Source of the DNA: Leucoraja ocellata
Taxonomy: Eukaryota
Assembly (NCBI GenBank): GCA_036785375.1
Contig: JAWMAR010000430.1
Coordinates: 496,001 to 560,000, forward strand
Length of the DNA: 64,000 nt
Direction of reading: 5' to 3'
Positions 1 through 13,375 of this stretch are shown in pieces; the first letter of the stretch is position 1; the number at the start of each line of letters is the position of its first letter. Below the pieces are notes generated by a model. The model saw only the letters and a program-made list of their open reading frames with translations, made no database searches and was not told where the DNA came from. The translations under genes were made by a program, and so were the position numbers.

Positions 1-224
1 CAGGAGAGAATGAAATACAGAGATATTTAATTATACAGAGAAATTAAGAATGAACACGAGAAGCCTGTCTCTATCTATTCATAGCACATGTGTAGAAGTC
101 AACTTAGATGTATTGATTTTTGTATAACAATACAACTGAGGATGAAATTGCACGGAAGCCTGAAAGAATTGGAATTACGTGATCATGTACTCATTAGTAA
201 TTCAGTTGTACCCAAGCAAGTTGA

Positions 225-358
225 TATGAGAGAGGCAAGGAACAGCAGATGCTGGAATCTTGTGTGGAACACAAAGAGCTTGAGGAACTCAGCAGGTCAG
301 GTAGCATCTCTGGAGGACATGGAACGGCAATGTTTCGGTTTGGCCTCTTCTTCAGACT
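225..358 (-). mobile_element. Penelope-like element terminal-repeat fragment with decayed hammerhead motif
   Basis: Matches the dispersed repeat gcagatgctgg...aactcagcaggtcaggtagcatctctgg...gtttcgg...cttcttcagact, which is contiguous with GIY-YIG coding sequence at 30117-30433. Confidence 0.7.
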
Positions 359-432
359 GCGAGTTAATATGGCCCTCCAAGAAAGTTGGTTTACATAACA
401 TTATTATTTGTGTGTTACAAGATCATGTAAGT

Positions 433-867
433 TAGATACATAGAAACATAGAAACATAGAAGGTAGGAGTAGGCCATTCGGCCCTTCGAACCTGCACTGC
501 CATTCAATATGATCATGGCTGATCATCCAACTCAGTATCCTGTACCTACTTTCTCTCCATACCCCCTGATCCCTTTAGCCACAAGGGCCACATCTAACTC
601 CCTCTAGTTCCCTATAGCCAATGAACTGGCCTCAACTACATTCTGTGGCAGAGAATTCCAGAGATTCACCACTCTCTGTGAAAAATATTTTTCTCATCTC
701 AGTCCTAAAAGATTTCCCCTTTATCCTTAAAATGTGACCCCTTGTTCTGGATTTCCCCAACATCGGGAACAATCTTCCTGCATCTAGCCTGTCCAACCCC
801 TTAAGGATGTTGTAAGTTTCTATAAGATCCCCCCACAATCTTCTAAATTCTAGCGAGTACAAGCCGA
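433..867 (-). mobile_element. CR1 LINE 3' fragment (young family)
   Basis: Translates to GLYSLEFRRL.GDLIETY..LKGLDRLDAGRLFP; (tttctatg)n tail; close to copies at 12403, 22143 and 46803. Confidence 0.93.
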
Positions 868-1879
868 ACACACTCATACTTTGTGTGTCACGTGGTTGTG
901 GGTGAGAGAGAATTTTGTTTTAAATTTGTTTTATTACTTTATTACCACTTGTTTTATTACTAAGTTTTTGGATAACAGAAGCAACATCTCTTCCTGGTTG
1001 TCCAGCCCACTGGGTGAGGAAGGAGTGTTATTCAATTTGCCTTTTATCCTTTAGCATCGGATGCAGTTTGACTTGCACTTGGTGTAATATGTAAACCAGA
1101 TATGCAGTTGAAGTGGACCTGCACATGGATGGACCATGCTTTAAGAATTGCATTCATAATAGAATTCCTCTACACAAGAATTTTAAATCACATTGGTTAA
1201 TAAAAGATCAAATGTGAGGACAAATATTTTAGTTGGGTTACAGATAAACTGTAACTGTAGTGACTGGTAGAGAAGGCTTCAGGGGCGATATGATCTACCC
1301 TTGTTCTTATAATTCCGTGTCAAGGACGAACAAACCATGTACTTACACAGAACGGTGTTGAATTCATGAGCATTCCAACGAGTCTCCCGCCCTATCTAAA
1401 TGTTCATTTAATGATATCTGTGGCAATATGATAATCCAGGCAGTTGGCATTAAAATATGAATTGTTTAATCATGAATGAAGGAATTAATTTTGCAGAAGC
1501 AGTACCCTAGAGTGCAGTAATATCTGTGTAACAGTGCAATGTGATTTTGCATCTTCAAAAAAACAATACATTTTAAATTAGGGAAACGTACCAAATGTTG
1601 TCTCATTTTCAGCCCAATTTCATGGCCCTTGGCACATTTCCTAACTCAGCTGAAAATGGTTCATGCAGAAAAACCTTGATTAAAGGACCACTGTGCTCAA
1701 TTGAAGCATATTCATTACTCAGGATTAGTGGGGTGAATTGGAAGCTTGGTAAATCTTGGGTAGGTTAGTATCTTGCATGGTAGTAAAGGATGTATTACAT
1801 TATCATAAATCAGTCTCTTGCCCTGATTTAATAATTGCCCACTCCTCTCAGTTTTGCACACTTGTCATACAACAGTTCA

Positions 1880-2148
1880 CACCAACCATCGATCCTCTGA
1901 TCACACTAGGTCTATATAATTCCACTTTCTCATCTACTCCTTACACACTATGGACACTTTACAGGGGCCAATGAACCTACAAACCCACATGTCTCCGGGA
2001 TGTTAGAGGAAACCAGAGCACTCAGAGGAAACTCATGTGGTCATGGGGAGAACGTGGGAACTCCACACAGAAAGCAACCGAGGTCAGGATCGAACTCTGC
2101 TCTATGGCGCAGTGAGGCAGCAGCTCTAGCAGTTGCACCACTGTGCTG
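1880..2148 (-). mobile_element. tRNA-derived HE1/V-SINE-like SINE
   Basis: Minus strand has an A-box-like gtggtgcaactgct, B-box gagttcgatcc and central tgtggagttcccacgttctcccc V-domain-like core. Confidence 0.8.
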
Positions 2149-3002
2149 GTAAAATCAACAAGTTGGTTCTGATTGCTGCATTCAGATGAGATCGATGAGA
2201 ACCAGAGCTTTTTGTTGAACCAGTGATAATGTCAACTCTGGGTCAAAATAAAGACTGGAACTTCATTTTGTAACCATTGGTTGTGTGCAATGCCCAAAAT
2301 CAGAATAACACTTCAATATCATCTCATTACATTTAAGCATTTATTTAATTTGTTCTTGCAATCAGCGACAAATTGCTCAATGACATCCTTAAATGAATCA
2401 GCCCCATGAAGACCTATCCATCTCTGCAATGTAGAGTTTCCCTTGACCAACGACATTTGCTGCATGGCATTAGTTCAGCGGGATCCCTGGCATCCAGTAG
2501 GAGTGAAGACATCAAGTGAATTTAGCAGCTAATCGTACTAATGTTCTGCAATGAACAAACAGGAAAAGCAAAATGAACAACATTTGGTTAACATATTCAG
2601 ACCTTCTGAATATAGGTTGAAGCAGCCAGATGATGATAGAAGTTGAAACAACATATGCAGGAAATATCGAACATATTTTGAAGTATTCGTTCTGACATAA
2701 TTGCAGTATACACATAAAATTGTTTTTATGGGTGCTGGACAGTTTGTTCATTTGTAATCGTAATGTACCATTATTGGAAAAAAAATAAAACAGACAGATT
2801 CAATCTATTTTGTAGTAAGACTAGTTACTGCACAATGAAATTGTTATTAGCTCATTAATTTTCCCTGATTGCAGTTAACATTTTGGAATAGTACTGAAGC
2901 AACTCTCAGTTTTGCAAAGAACGTTACGTTTGCCACTGCTAAAAATGGCAATCAAATAGCCACATTGATATGCTGACTGCTAAACATGAACTTTATTCTA
3001 TA

Positions 3003-4072
3003 CTAGACCAAGGGGGACCCGTTGGGTCCCGTCCCCTCAACGCGCAGCTGCAGGGGGCGGGGTGGGGGGCGGCCTGCGGCGTCACACACACACACACACT
3101 AACAACCCCCCACACTCACAAACCACCCACACCCCCCCACACACACACACACACACTAAGCCCCCCTTGATATTATAATAATATTATTCATTCACTCCTT
3201 TTACCCCATCGCCCGCCCTGTCCATTCACGCATAACCCCCAACTGTGCAGGCGCAGCTAGAGAGGGGGGGAGGGGGGTAGAGAGGGAGAAGGAAGGGGGT
3301 AGAGATTGAAGAGTGGGGGGGTGTGCAGTGTTACAGGGGAGGGCTGGTTCCCGAACACAATACTCCCATAGGTCCCAATACTCACCACTCCCTAGAGAGT
3401 GAGGCCCGGAGCGATCTGAGGACGGTCAAAAACAGCGGAGGGCCGACCGATCGTGGCTTCCGCGAGGGGAAGCCCACCCACCCGCGTGACAGACGATCGA
3501 GCATGGGAGGTCGTCCCCCGTGACGGCCAGGTGTGATCAGGATCACCAGCGAGGAAAAGGTGTCACGATTCCCTGAGTCCCTGCGATTGACGGAGGAATC
3601 GCAGGTCTCCATAGACGGCCTCTCCCGGCGGAGTAATGTCTGCCACGATCAAGTTCTCATCGCACTGTCCTGCACCCTCACCCGCACCCGGGCGGAGATA
3701 ACGGCCGCTGCCGCCGCAATGTTCTAGAACTTCAAGGAACCCAGCGGAACGCGCAGGGCGACCTGAGCAGCAGTTTAAAAACGCTAAGTGACAAATTTTA
3801 AGTTAAGAAGCCAAGAAGTATAGAAGACAGAACAGGGCTGACGTCACTCACAGTGCGAGCAGAGGCAGGCAGAGCCATTGTGTCGTCATCAGCGAGACCA
3901 GCTCGTTTATATGCCAAGTTATTTGACATCATGGGATAAATCTCTATCGGAATATGTACAAATTTCACAGTTAGTGCATCATGTTTTCGAGGATATGTGA
4001 ATCGCAGACGAACAAATACACACACAAATAAATACATCCACATCCATGATCAGAGTTTTATAAGTATAGTGA
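3003..4072 (-). mobile_element. Non-autonomous Helitron
   Basis: Minus strand reads A|TCACTATACTTATAAAAC...GGGACCC-AAC-GGGTCCC-ccttggt-CTAG|T: 5' TC, subterminal GC hairpin, 3' CTAG, inserted between A and T, no TSD. Confidence 0.88.
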
Positions 4073-6489
4073 TTAATAGAAACCTAACTTCATGAGTACC
4101 ACAGGCTAGTCATTTTCTCAGGTAGATCGACAATATAAAAAGCTGCAAGCAATTCACATTTGATAAATGGTCTACATAGAATTATTGTATATTTTAATAA
4201 CATCATGAAAAAATCTAATGCAATAATGTATGAATTTGTAATAATAGTTGCCTTTCTTAACAAAAGTTGATTAATGTGCTAAACAAACCCTATAAAAGTG
4301 ATTTTAAATTTGCACCAATTCATGCAATGTTATGGAGTAATTAAAACTAGTAGAAGAGGAGTTAATTCTCATTGCACCACATCTGACCTACTTTAAGCCT
4401 AAAGAAAGACTGCCTTTGATGTAGCCCAATCCTGGTCTACCTGGAGGTATAGGCCTGGATGGATGCCAGAACCGTAACATTGTAATGCTATAACTCTGGA
4501 TTGTAACACTATAATGTACATTATGCAGATCAGCAGATGCCATTTTTTTAAATGTGGCAGAATTCTACATTGAAGCAGGGATATCTAAGTTGAGTGCGGC
4601 CATTTCTGTGCAGATTTCAAAATAGTACAGTTGATCAGGTCAAATGGGAAACGGTGATGTTTTATCACAATAACCACCTTTTGCTAAACGGAGCTATTCA
4701 GTTTTAGTTAGCAAAAGGAAATTTCAATACCTGCTGATAGTTAACCAATTATCTCCTTTATTTGAATTTCGATAATTAATTATAACCCTCTAATTAAATT
4801 GTCCAGGTAAATAATTAGGGGCCTTCTTATTCTGACAATGATAGGATAATTAGCCGATAGACAGGGGATCATTATGCAATCCAATAAATTGCTGGAATTA
4901 AAGTATGGCACAGTGATTCAATTAAACTATCACAATTGGTTAGAACCAGCTCTTAGTTATTATGTTTTAGGTGTTGTTTTACAAACTTTTTAAAATCACA
5001 AATAGAAACAAAGAAAGAAGATAAATCAAATGAATCCTTAGGATAAATATTTTCTGAACAGACGGGTAAAGTATCTGTTTGGATGAGCATTGTTTGCACA
5101 TTTGTGTACAATACCTAACCCAGAATGTGTACAATCAGCTTCCCGAAAGTGCGGCAGAGAGCAATGTTGAATTTCATAACTGGAAAATGTGAACAGGAGA
5201 TGACGAATTTAGACTGTTTTAGTAAATGCCGACGAATCCTATCTTGAGGAATCTTCCGAATAAAATGTGCATTTATTGATCCTGTCAAATTTTAAAGCTT
5301 GAATGATCTGCAGAGCAAGCTTACAATTCACCATCTCCTATTTAATTTAGACATGAAAAATATGAGATCAGTCACTTCATAAAATGAAGGCAAAACCAAC
5401 ATTTATTTGTCACCAGTTCAGGTTTATTTGTCACCAGTTCCTCTTTACAGAGGAAAATAGACTTAACATTTCAGGACACTGACCTTTCATTTGAACAGTT
5501 CTGATTAAATGGTCTTCTTGTGGAATAGTAACTGTTTCTCTCTCCATGGATGTTGTCTGATATGCTGAGGATTTCTTGCATTTACTGTTTATTTTCAAAT
5601 TGCCAGTATCCATAATATTTTAGATGTGAATTGCCCACATTAAATTTTATTATTTTGTTAAATTAATATTTTTCTGTGTTCTCCCTTTTCCCTGAAAAAA
5701 TTGATCACTACCATGTATCTTCAAAGTGCCATGATGGAAATGTCGATATCAGGCTAATAGTTCCATCATCTGAATTTAAATTGAAACTACAAGTTGCAAC
5801 AAACAAGAAGATTCAATGTGGACCAAGTTCAGCAATGATAAATAGGCCATGATTCATTGATGAAGTGTTTCCTTTTTGATTATAATTAGATATTTTGCAG
5901 ATAATATATTTATCTGAAGCAATGGTTGGATTGTAATACACCTGCAGGAACTTTAGCCACCTCTGCCAATGCACAGATCCTTCCTGTGGTGGAATTTTGG
6001 TTCCACAACCCCGTTGCCCAGAATCTGAATCTGTAACCCAGCCGTGCTGCTCTCAGCAAACTGAATAATCCAGGCATTCACAAGAGAGCAAGAGCGTGAG
6101 AATAGCTTACAGGAGGATTTTTTTTTAAAGAAAATTAATGCAGAACTGAAGTTTGTGGACTTGCAGCCACATGAACAAGAGACATACTGTACATGCTTTA
6201 ATCCTGTTCTCCATTGGGGACATCGATTTGTCTACCTTTACTTGATTGGTATTTGCACAGTCAACTGGAAAATGGCACCAATAGGATGTGGTACATGATC
6301 AGAATGCATAACTGAACAAAACCGTAAAGTGAAGAGCATGCATCGTATAGTTGTGCTTTTGATGCTTTTCTTTCCTAAAAACACAAGGGTCTATTCTGTT
6401 CCTATATTATTCCCTACCATTGCCAAAGTTCCTTAAACCTGATCCGTTTCTCTTAGTTTGTTTCCTGAACTGTGGCTGAATGTATGAGG

Positions 6490-6840
6490 TGGAAGGCAGA
6501 ACCGGTCAAGGACAAAGGAATGGATTTGTGTTTGGAGTTCGGGGATGTGGGCAAAAACTTTGGATCTATTTTTATCAAGGAGAAGGATATGGAGGACAGT
6601 GAAGACAGTGAGATATGAGATTAAGAAGGAGGGCGTATTGTGGCTCTTGACGAGCGTTAAGGGAGATGAATCCCAAGGAACTGATGGAATTTATCTCAGG
6701 TTATTGAGAGAGGCAAGAAAAGAGAATGTGGGAGTCTTGACAAAGATCTTTGTGTCTTCTCTACACACAGGTGAGGTCCCAGAGGACTGGAGAGTAGCTA
6801 ATGTTGTTCTTGTATTTAAGAAGAGAAGTTGGGAGAACCC
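6490..6840 (+). mobile_element. Decayed CR1 ORF2 fragment
   Basis: GDESQGTDGIYLRLLREA...GEVPEDWRVANV aligns to DKSPGPDRLHPRVLKE...GVVPEDWRVANV of the CR1 at 22327-24603. Confidence 0.85.
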
Positions 6841-7051
6841 ATTTGGAGGGCCAGTTTTTTAATGCTGTGTGGCTCTATGAATCTAATCAGGATGGCCTTT
6901 CATATGGGTTCCCACCTTGTTACTGCCATTCAGGGCCAAACAAATTGTTCATAAGCACAACACAGAATGATTGTTGGATCCAAAATGCACTCATTCCTAA
7001 TGCCAAATTTTCTGATGAGTCTCATGTTCGAGTAGCTTGTCTATTTTTGAG

Positions 7052-7192
7052 GTAGACAGAAATGCTGAAGAAACTCAGCAGGTGGGGCAGCATCAATGGA
7101 GCAAAGGAAATAGGCGACATTTCGAGTTGAGACCCTTCTTCAGACTGATATGAGGGTGGGGGGTGGGAAGAAGAAGGGATGAGGCGGAGACA
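7052..7192 (-). mobile_element. Penelope-like element 3' terminal fragment with hammerhead-like core
   Basis: Minus strand gtctgaagaagggtctcaactcgaaatgtcgcctatttcc; same family as 30117-30433. Confidence 0.8.
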
Positions 7193-7811
7193 CTTCCTTT
7201 TTTATCTCACTGCATGTCTCACTGTCTATTTTTAATGTGACTTTTTATAAGCCATTAAAATGCATTAAAAGAAAGAAGAAATACAGTATGGTCTCAGTGA
7301 TGAGATTACACCGTATTTCATATTGTAAAATGCTCAACATATTGCAATAATGCATAGATGAATGACTTTATTTCCTGCTGTGCTTGAAGCTACTGCTGTA
7401 GTTTGAGGAGAGTATATGAGCACAAAATACTGATGTGTAAGGCATGTTGGAACTCCCTAACAGGCACATTTTTAAAAGATCTTGTACTGTATTTTTCTAG
7501 AGCTAAATTTGCATTCTGTACGTGAATTATTTATTCTTAAATACTGGCCAACACTGGTAAAAAAAATATTTATGGACATCCCTTTATTACAATAAGCTTC
7601 CAGAATATTGTTACGTTAGTTAATAAGTTCTATGTATGTACATACATTCATTCCTGCAAACGGCAGAACTAGTTTCCTCTCTCTCCACACTTTTGTTGTT
7701 AAATTGTTCCTTGTCAGGCTGATTGCTTTCGATGCCATTCTTAACTATAACGTGGAAATCAACTTATGGCCCTTTGTAGAAACGGAACGCGTTTGTTACC
7801 CAGGGATGACC

Positions 7812-7980
7812 TACAAAATGCAAGAAAAGCTCAGCGGAGCAGGCAGCATCTGTGGAAAGAGAAACAATGCGAATGTTTCAGGTCAAAGACACTCATCAGA
7901 TACATTTTCTCTTTCACAGATATTGCCTGACTTGTTCATCATTTCTGGTATTTTTAACTTTTATTTCAAATTTCCAGTGG
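7812..7980. mobile_element. Decayed fold-back Penelope-like terminal fragment
   Basis: aagctcagcggagcaggcagcatctgtgg...gtttcaggtc followed by the inverted counterpart cacagatattgcctgacttg. Confidence 0.55.
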
Positions 7981-8328
7981 TTGTGATTACTTTGATTTTT
8001 TTTATTTACACTTGTTCTATTTTAACTAGAGTTAAATTTAAGAATGTGTTTAAATACCTCAATATATACGTCTGCTCTTGCAACAACGTATACCCTGCCC
8101 TGTACATTGCTAAGAAGTGTTTCCTTTCTTCTCTTGAAGATTCTCTCAAACTACTGCAGATGTGTGTTAGATAGTATTTTGAAAGGATACTTCTGCATTT
8201 GATTGCCTGGACCTGAAGCATTGCATCAGGAAAGCTAGAAGTATCGTCAAGGATCCCTATCACTCTGGCCATTCACCTTTTTCCCTTCTAACTTCTTGGA
8301 GAAGATGCAGAAGCTTAAACACTGTATT

Positions 8329-8770
8329 GCGGGGTGACGCATGGTTACATCACCGTGCGTCAACATTCGTAAACATGCGACGCCGCACGCCACCCATACG
8401 CAGTCGGCCCGCCTTTTTTGTGCCTTGTAACCTCTAACCTTGTCCTCACAGACCTCTTCATGGGTTTCTTGCTAGCCTTTCGTGTTGTACACCTGCCTGG
8501 CCGATCTGTAAATATGAGGGCTGCTGCTAACGGAAGTCTCTGTTGTTGCTGTGGCAATAAAATCTGTGGCTCTTCCATGATGGTCATGATGCAGAATAGG
8601 GCAGCAGGGTATTCAAATGACGTCACGTGCACCAGACGGCTGTGCTGAAGCATGATGAGGCGTGATTTGCGTGCGGCAGTCGCGCGACCGACGCGTGTCA
8701 GTCACTACTGGCCTGTCGCGTAAATGACCCGCAAATGACGCTCAAATGACGCCCAAGTGGGACAGGCCCT
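8329..8770. mobile_element. One-ended Harbinger-type MITE remnant
   Basis: Right end agtgggacaggccct followed by taa is identical to the TIR of the element at 31808-33391; CpG-rich interior; left TIR not found. Confidence 0.65.
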
Positions 8771-10369
8771 TAACTCTAGCTCCTTCAGTTATTCCATTAT
8801 TGCACTTTTAGTTTATAAATGATCTACATCCTTTGCACCATTCTGGAGTTTTGCATTTATTGTTATATTTCTGATGAGAACACAGGGATTAAGGCTGGGA
8901 CTCTCGCTACTCATTTGTCCCAACATCCCTCCTGGATAGAAGTTTGGACTCTGAAGACCACTGCATTTCAACAACTGCTGCGTACAAACTGTGCTGCAAT
9001 TTCTCAGCCTCCATTATTAAGTCTTTTAATATATCAAGCCTAGTCAGCTATTGGGCTCACAGAGTGCCCTTCAGAACAGGCACGGCCCAATTCATCCAAA
9101 ACTATAGAAATGAAACTTTATTGATGTCAAAAAATGTTATCTGAGTATTTCTCATGGTGACAACTCCTATTGAGATGCTTTTAAATATATCATTGCTGGA
9201 TGTCACTTCCAGGAAGCTCTGGGTCTTAATTGATTCAATGTAAAATTATCTTCTTTGTGAAGATTGTAAGGGGAGCAGTCACTGCTGAGAACTTTGGAAG
9301 AAGGATCCAAAATGGGTAATGTTATGATAAGCCTTGCTTCTCATTTAGGATGTTATGATTTATCCTTTGGAGATTCAGTGACCCAAATATTTCTTTTCTG
9401 ATTCCCCGATCTGAGTTTCTTCATTTTTGCACGCAGCTCTTTGGTGCAGCTCCTCATGAAAAAACCACAGTGAGATAGTGAGATGCTTTTGGGAGAGTTT
9501 AACTCTACCGTATGTCTCAGACCCTCTATCTCAATCTATGTAAAGATATCGGTGCAAACACATTTCTCTCGGGATTATTGGGGAACTGTAGAGGATCCAA
9601 GAGACATATTCCTATTTTTCAAACATTAATAAAGAAACCGGCAGTCCTAATTTTCATTCATTATGACATGCTTTCCATCAAAGCTAGGAATGGTTTACTT
9701 TCACTGCTTAAGGCAGAACATCACTTAGTTGGAAGTGACCAGTTGATTGCAGTTGAAAAATTAGTTAAAGGGTTCTGGTTCAATGCGTAGGTGCACTTAC
9801 TCATTTCTTTCACTCCCATAATATTGAAGAGACTCAGTTAGTGAGAGGAACGATGATCTTCTTGACAGGTTGTTTTACACCAAGAGTTACTTTCCGACCT
9901 ATAAATTAGATCGGTGGAATCTTGCATCAATTTAGGTTGCTTGCAGGCATCGTGGTATTTCCCCCACCACCTTTTAGTTTAATACAGCCTTGAAAAATGG
10001 TATGGGTTGAATTGGAGATCAAATTGAAAGTAGTCTGCTCACCAACTGTGAAAAATATTCCACTATATGCATATTCGAGGTTGTTTTGTGAACTTTCCAT
10101 TATTAATTATTTTCTATTTTGCACCATCAAACATTGGTCAACTCTCCAACTCCACTTGCAACTTATTCATACTTAGTGTTGTACCCACTGCTGCTCATAC
10201 CCAATTTTTAAGCAATGGGCTTGGATCTGGTTGATTTAATCTGAAAGGGTAAATGTTACTATGCTGCTCTCTTGACAGCTTAGATCATTAAATCATCTTT
10301 TATTCATTTTCTGATGAAATATTGACTGAAAGAGAGAGTTGTGTTTATTTATTGCCTTTCATGTCTTCG

Positions 10370-10700
10370 AGCGCTTCCCACCCAGTGAATTACCTTTGAA
10401 GTGCACTTAATGTTTATTTTATGGAAATACAGGAGATAGTTCACATGCGGTAAATTCCTAGACACAGCCAGGAGATGTTTGACCCATTACTCATCTTGAG
10501 ATGCTGGTTGGGTAATGAATATTGACCACCAGACTGGGGGAATTCCTTTGGCCTTCTTGTGGAAATGCTACCAATACTTTATGTTCTCTTGGAAAGGTAG
10601 TCGAGGGCTGGGCCTCAGTTTAGTATCACAGCTGGAAGATGACACCTTTTACAATGCAGACTCCTTCAGGACCGCAGTCAAGACCAGGAAAGGATCCTGA
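10370..10700 (-). mobile_element. Ancient Deu-domain SINE (SacSINE1/AmnSINE1-like), decayed
   Basis: Minus strand ggtgtcatcttccagctgtgatactaaactgaggccc...ggtcaatattcattacccaaccagcatc resembles the Deu core as recalled from memory. Confidence 0.6.
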
Positions 10701-10899
10701 TATCATTTAGAAAAGGGAGTGATAGCAAAGAGCCAAGCCACAGTTTAGCAGGAATTTGCTATTCTTGTTAACTATATGGGTATTTTGGCCCCAGTAGCAA
10801 GTGATTGAAACAAGAGCTTGAAATTGCTCTTTGCTTGTGCCCTAGCTGTCCTTCTAATTCCACTGTTCGCATCCTTGTATCCCTGTCTTTAGTACATCT

Positions 10900-11122
10900 T
10901 CCCCAGCCAACAATGGACCATTATAGACTCCACCTTTCCTGAGGTTATCTATTGCTGGCCTTGTTTTGTTCTGGCCTTCTCTGTCCTTTCGTTTGAAGAA
11001 GGGTTCCGACCAGAAACATCACATGTTCGTTTTCTCCAGAGACACTGCCTGACCCGCTGAATTACTCCAGCGTTTTGTGTCTATCTTAGGTGTCAACCAG
11101 CTTCTGCAGTTCCTTCCTACAC
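10900..11122 (+). mobile_element. Penelope-like element terminal fragment
   Basis: gtttgaagaagggttccgaccagaaacatcac...ctccagagacactgcctgacccgctgaattactccagc...ctgcagttccttcctac. Confidence 0.75.
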
Positions 11123-12402
11123 ACTCTAGTTTTTAAACTTTGGACAGATGTTTTTTGTTTTGGTTTTTATGGAGGTTAGAAGTTCTTATCCTTTTATTGC
11201 AGGCAGCCAACATTCAACTAAAACCAATGGTCGATAAAGCACACCCATATAAGTAACGGCAATCTACATAAATTGTTCTCTTCATTAATTGGTTGCACAT
11301 AATGTGAATTTTTAGAAGTAACTAAATATTTGCGCAATGAATGACTATAAACTTTATTGAACAGTAAAAAAAGGACTAGTGGCATAGGCAGCCTTTTGTG
11401 CAACGTGCAATTGAGATTGGTTAATCTGGTGGAATCTACAGAGGAGGCAGTTTTCATTTGGCCTTCAGGAGGGAATTAAATCATCTATTGTAATTATGCT
11501 AATGGTGAGGAAAAACAACGCAGTGTTCCAAGGAAGTTGTTCGGTGGACAAAACCAATGTGTTCCATGTTGAGAGTCGGTGTGCACATGATGAGCTGAAT
11601 TGCTTCCCTTTGAGCCGTATTCCAGGATAAACATAAACCCACTCAGTTTTCTACTCCAGCCAACCACAATATGTAACTCCACTGTAAGCAAATCCCATGA
11701 TGGATTTCTCTAATAGGCTTCACCAAGTACAAGTCTCATATCCCATACTAAATCGTTCCATTATTTCACGTGACTATGAATACATAATGTATGAAATCAC
11801 TTCCACTCATCAATTACAACCCCAAACTTAATGCCGACCGAAAAGTCCCTTAGCTATAAGAATAATTACAATAATGAATTATCTCCAACATATTCCTCAG
11901 GATCATACAACCAATTATAACAATTCCTAACTTAAATTTTCCTCTGTGCTTCCTATCTTCACAACATTCTTATGTTATGACTCATATTGGCTCCACAATC
12001 ACCTTCGATGTGTGTTTTGCTGTTATTTTTTGTTGTCCTTTTGAAGTTAGGAAGATAAAACCTCTTCCTGTCTTGGTGGTTTACAGTGTAGGCATCTTAA
12101 GCATGATGATTCTCAGTTCCCCTTGCTGCAACTTAGCCACAGTGTCCTCAGCAAACATAGTAAGTTCAAGCTTGAGAAAACATCATGCATGGGATCATCA
12201 CTCTTCACGTCCTCCCACATCTTCCCTCAATTATTTAAATACCATGTCCTTTTCCTCAACCTGTGCAATCATTTCCACTACATCAACACCATACAACATG
12301 TTTGAAATTCTATAACAGTCCACTACTACCTTTGTAGTTGACACCAGCATTGGTAACACCATTGTCTTCATACTTTGCTGAACTAGCTCTCATGTGAGTC
12401 TA

Positions 12403-12828
12403 AACTCTCTAGAATTTAGGAGATTGAGAGGGGATCTTATAGAAACTTACAAAATTCTTAAGGGGTTGGACAGGCTAGATGCAGGAAGATTGTTCCCGAT
12501 GTTGGGGAAGTCCAGGACAAGGGGTCACAGCTTAAGGATAAGGGGGAAATCCTTTAAAACCGAGTTGAGAAGAACTTTTTTCACACAGAGAGTGGTGAAT
12601 CTCTGGAACTCTCTGCCACAGAGGGTAGTTGAGGCCAGTTCATTGGCTATATTTAAGAGGGAGTTAGATGTGGCCCTTGTGGCCAAGGGGATCAGAGGGT
12701 ATGGAGAGAAGGCAGGTACGGGATACTGAGTTGGATGATCAGCCATGATCATATTAAATGGCGGTGCAGGCTCGAAGGGCCGAATGGCCTACTCCTGCAC
12801 CTAATTTCTATGTGTCTATGTTTCTATG
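12403..12828 (+). mobile_element. CR1 LINE 3' fragment (young family)
   Basis: Intact ORF2 C-terminus SLEFRRLRGDLIETYKILKG...GYGEKAGTGY*, then 3'UTR and (tttctatg)n tail. Confidence 0.95.
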
Positions 12829-13214
12829 TAAACAAATCAGTCATCTTTTGAACTGCTCGAAGCCAAGAACTCCCAATATTCCTCTTGCTCCAAGAATATT
12901 AAATCAGTGTCCTAGTGATGTTCACGGCTTAGGGTGCACACCTAAGCCTTTGGATATCTTGCCATAATCTGAACCTCTGCCTTTTTTGCCGCTGTTTCCC
13001 AGAACATGGGCTGCCCAATGAAGCTGCCTGAGTTCAGTGGGGCCTCATAGCCAGAGATGTTGGCTTGGGAAAGGACACTAACATTGGTTTGCCTGTGGAT
13101 TTGGAAGTATTTTCAAACATAGGTTTTTTTCCACAATTAGTTAGTTGCCTGCTGTAGGTAGTCCAGAGCTTGGACACATACACGAGGACAAAGATCATTG
13201 CTGATCATAGACTA

Positions 13215-13375
13215 TGAGGTTAGAACCAGGTTTGAAACTTCGATCTTCAAACATTCTTTTCCTCCAACGAACAAAGTCTGTCTTGGCATTCATTTCCCTT
13301 CACAAATGCTGCCTGATCTGCAGAGTTCCCCAGTACATTTTCTTTGCTCAAGATTCCAGCATCTGCAGTCTCTGG
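13215..13375 (+). mobile_element. Decayed Penelope-like terminal fragment
   Basis: cacaaatgctgcctgatctgcagagttccccagtacattt...gattccagcatctgcagtc matches the dispersed family. Confidence 0.55.

Noticed and set aside
5402-5440. 18-bp direct duplication tttatttgtcaccagttc
   Set aside because: Simple local tandem duplication with two units; not an array or CRISPR
7632-8174. 180-aa ORF
   Set aside because: Crosses a decayed repeat, is AT-rich and has no domain similarity
11540-12390. Possible very old Penelope-like coding remnant
   Set aside because: Only faint motif resemblance; cannot be supported without a profile search
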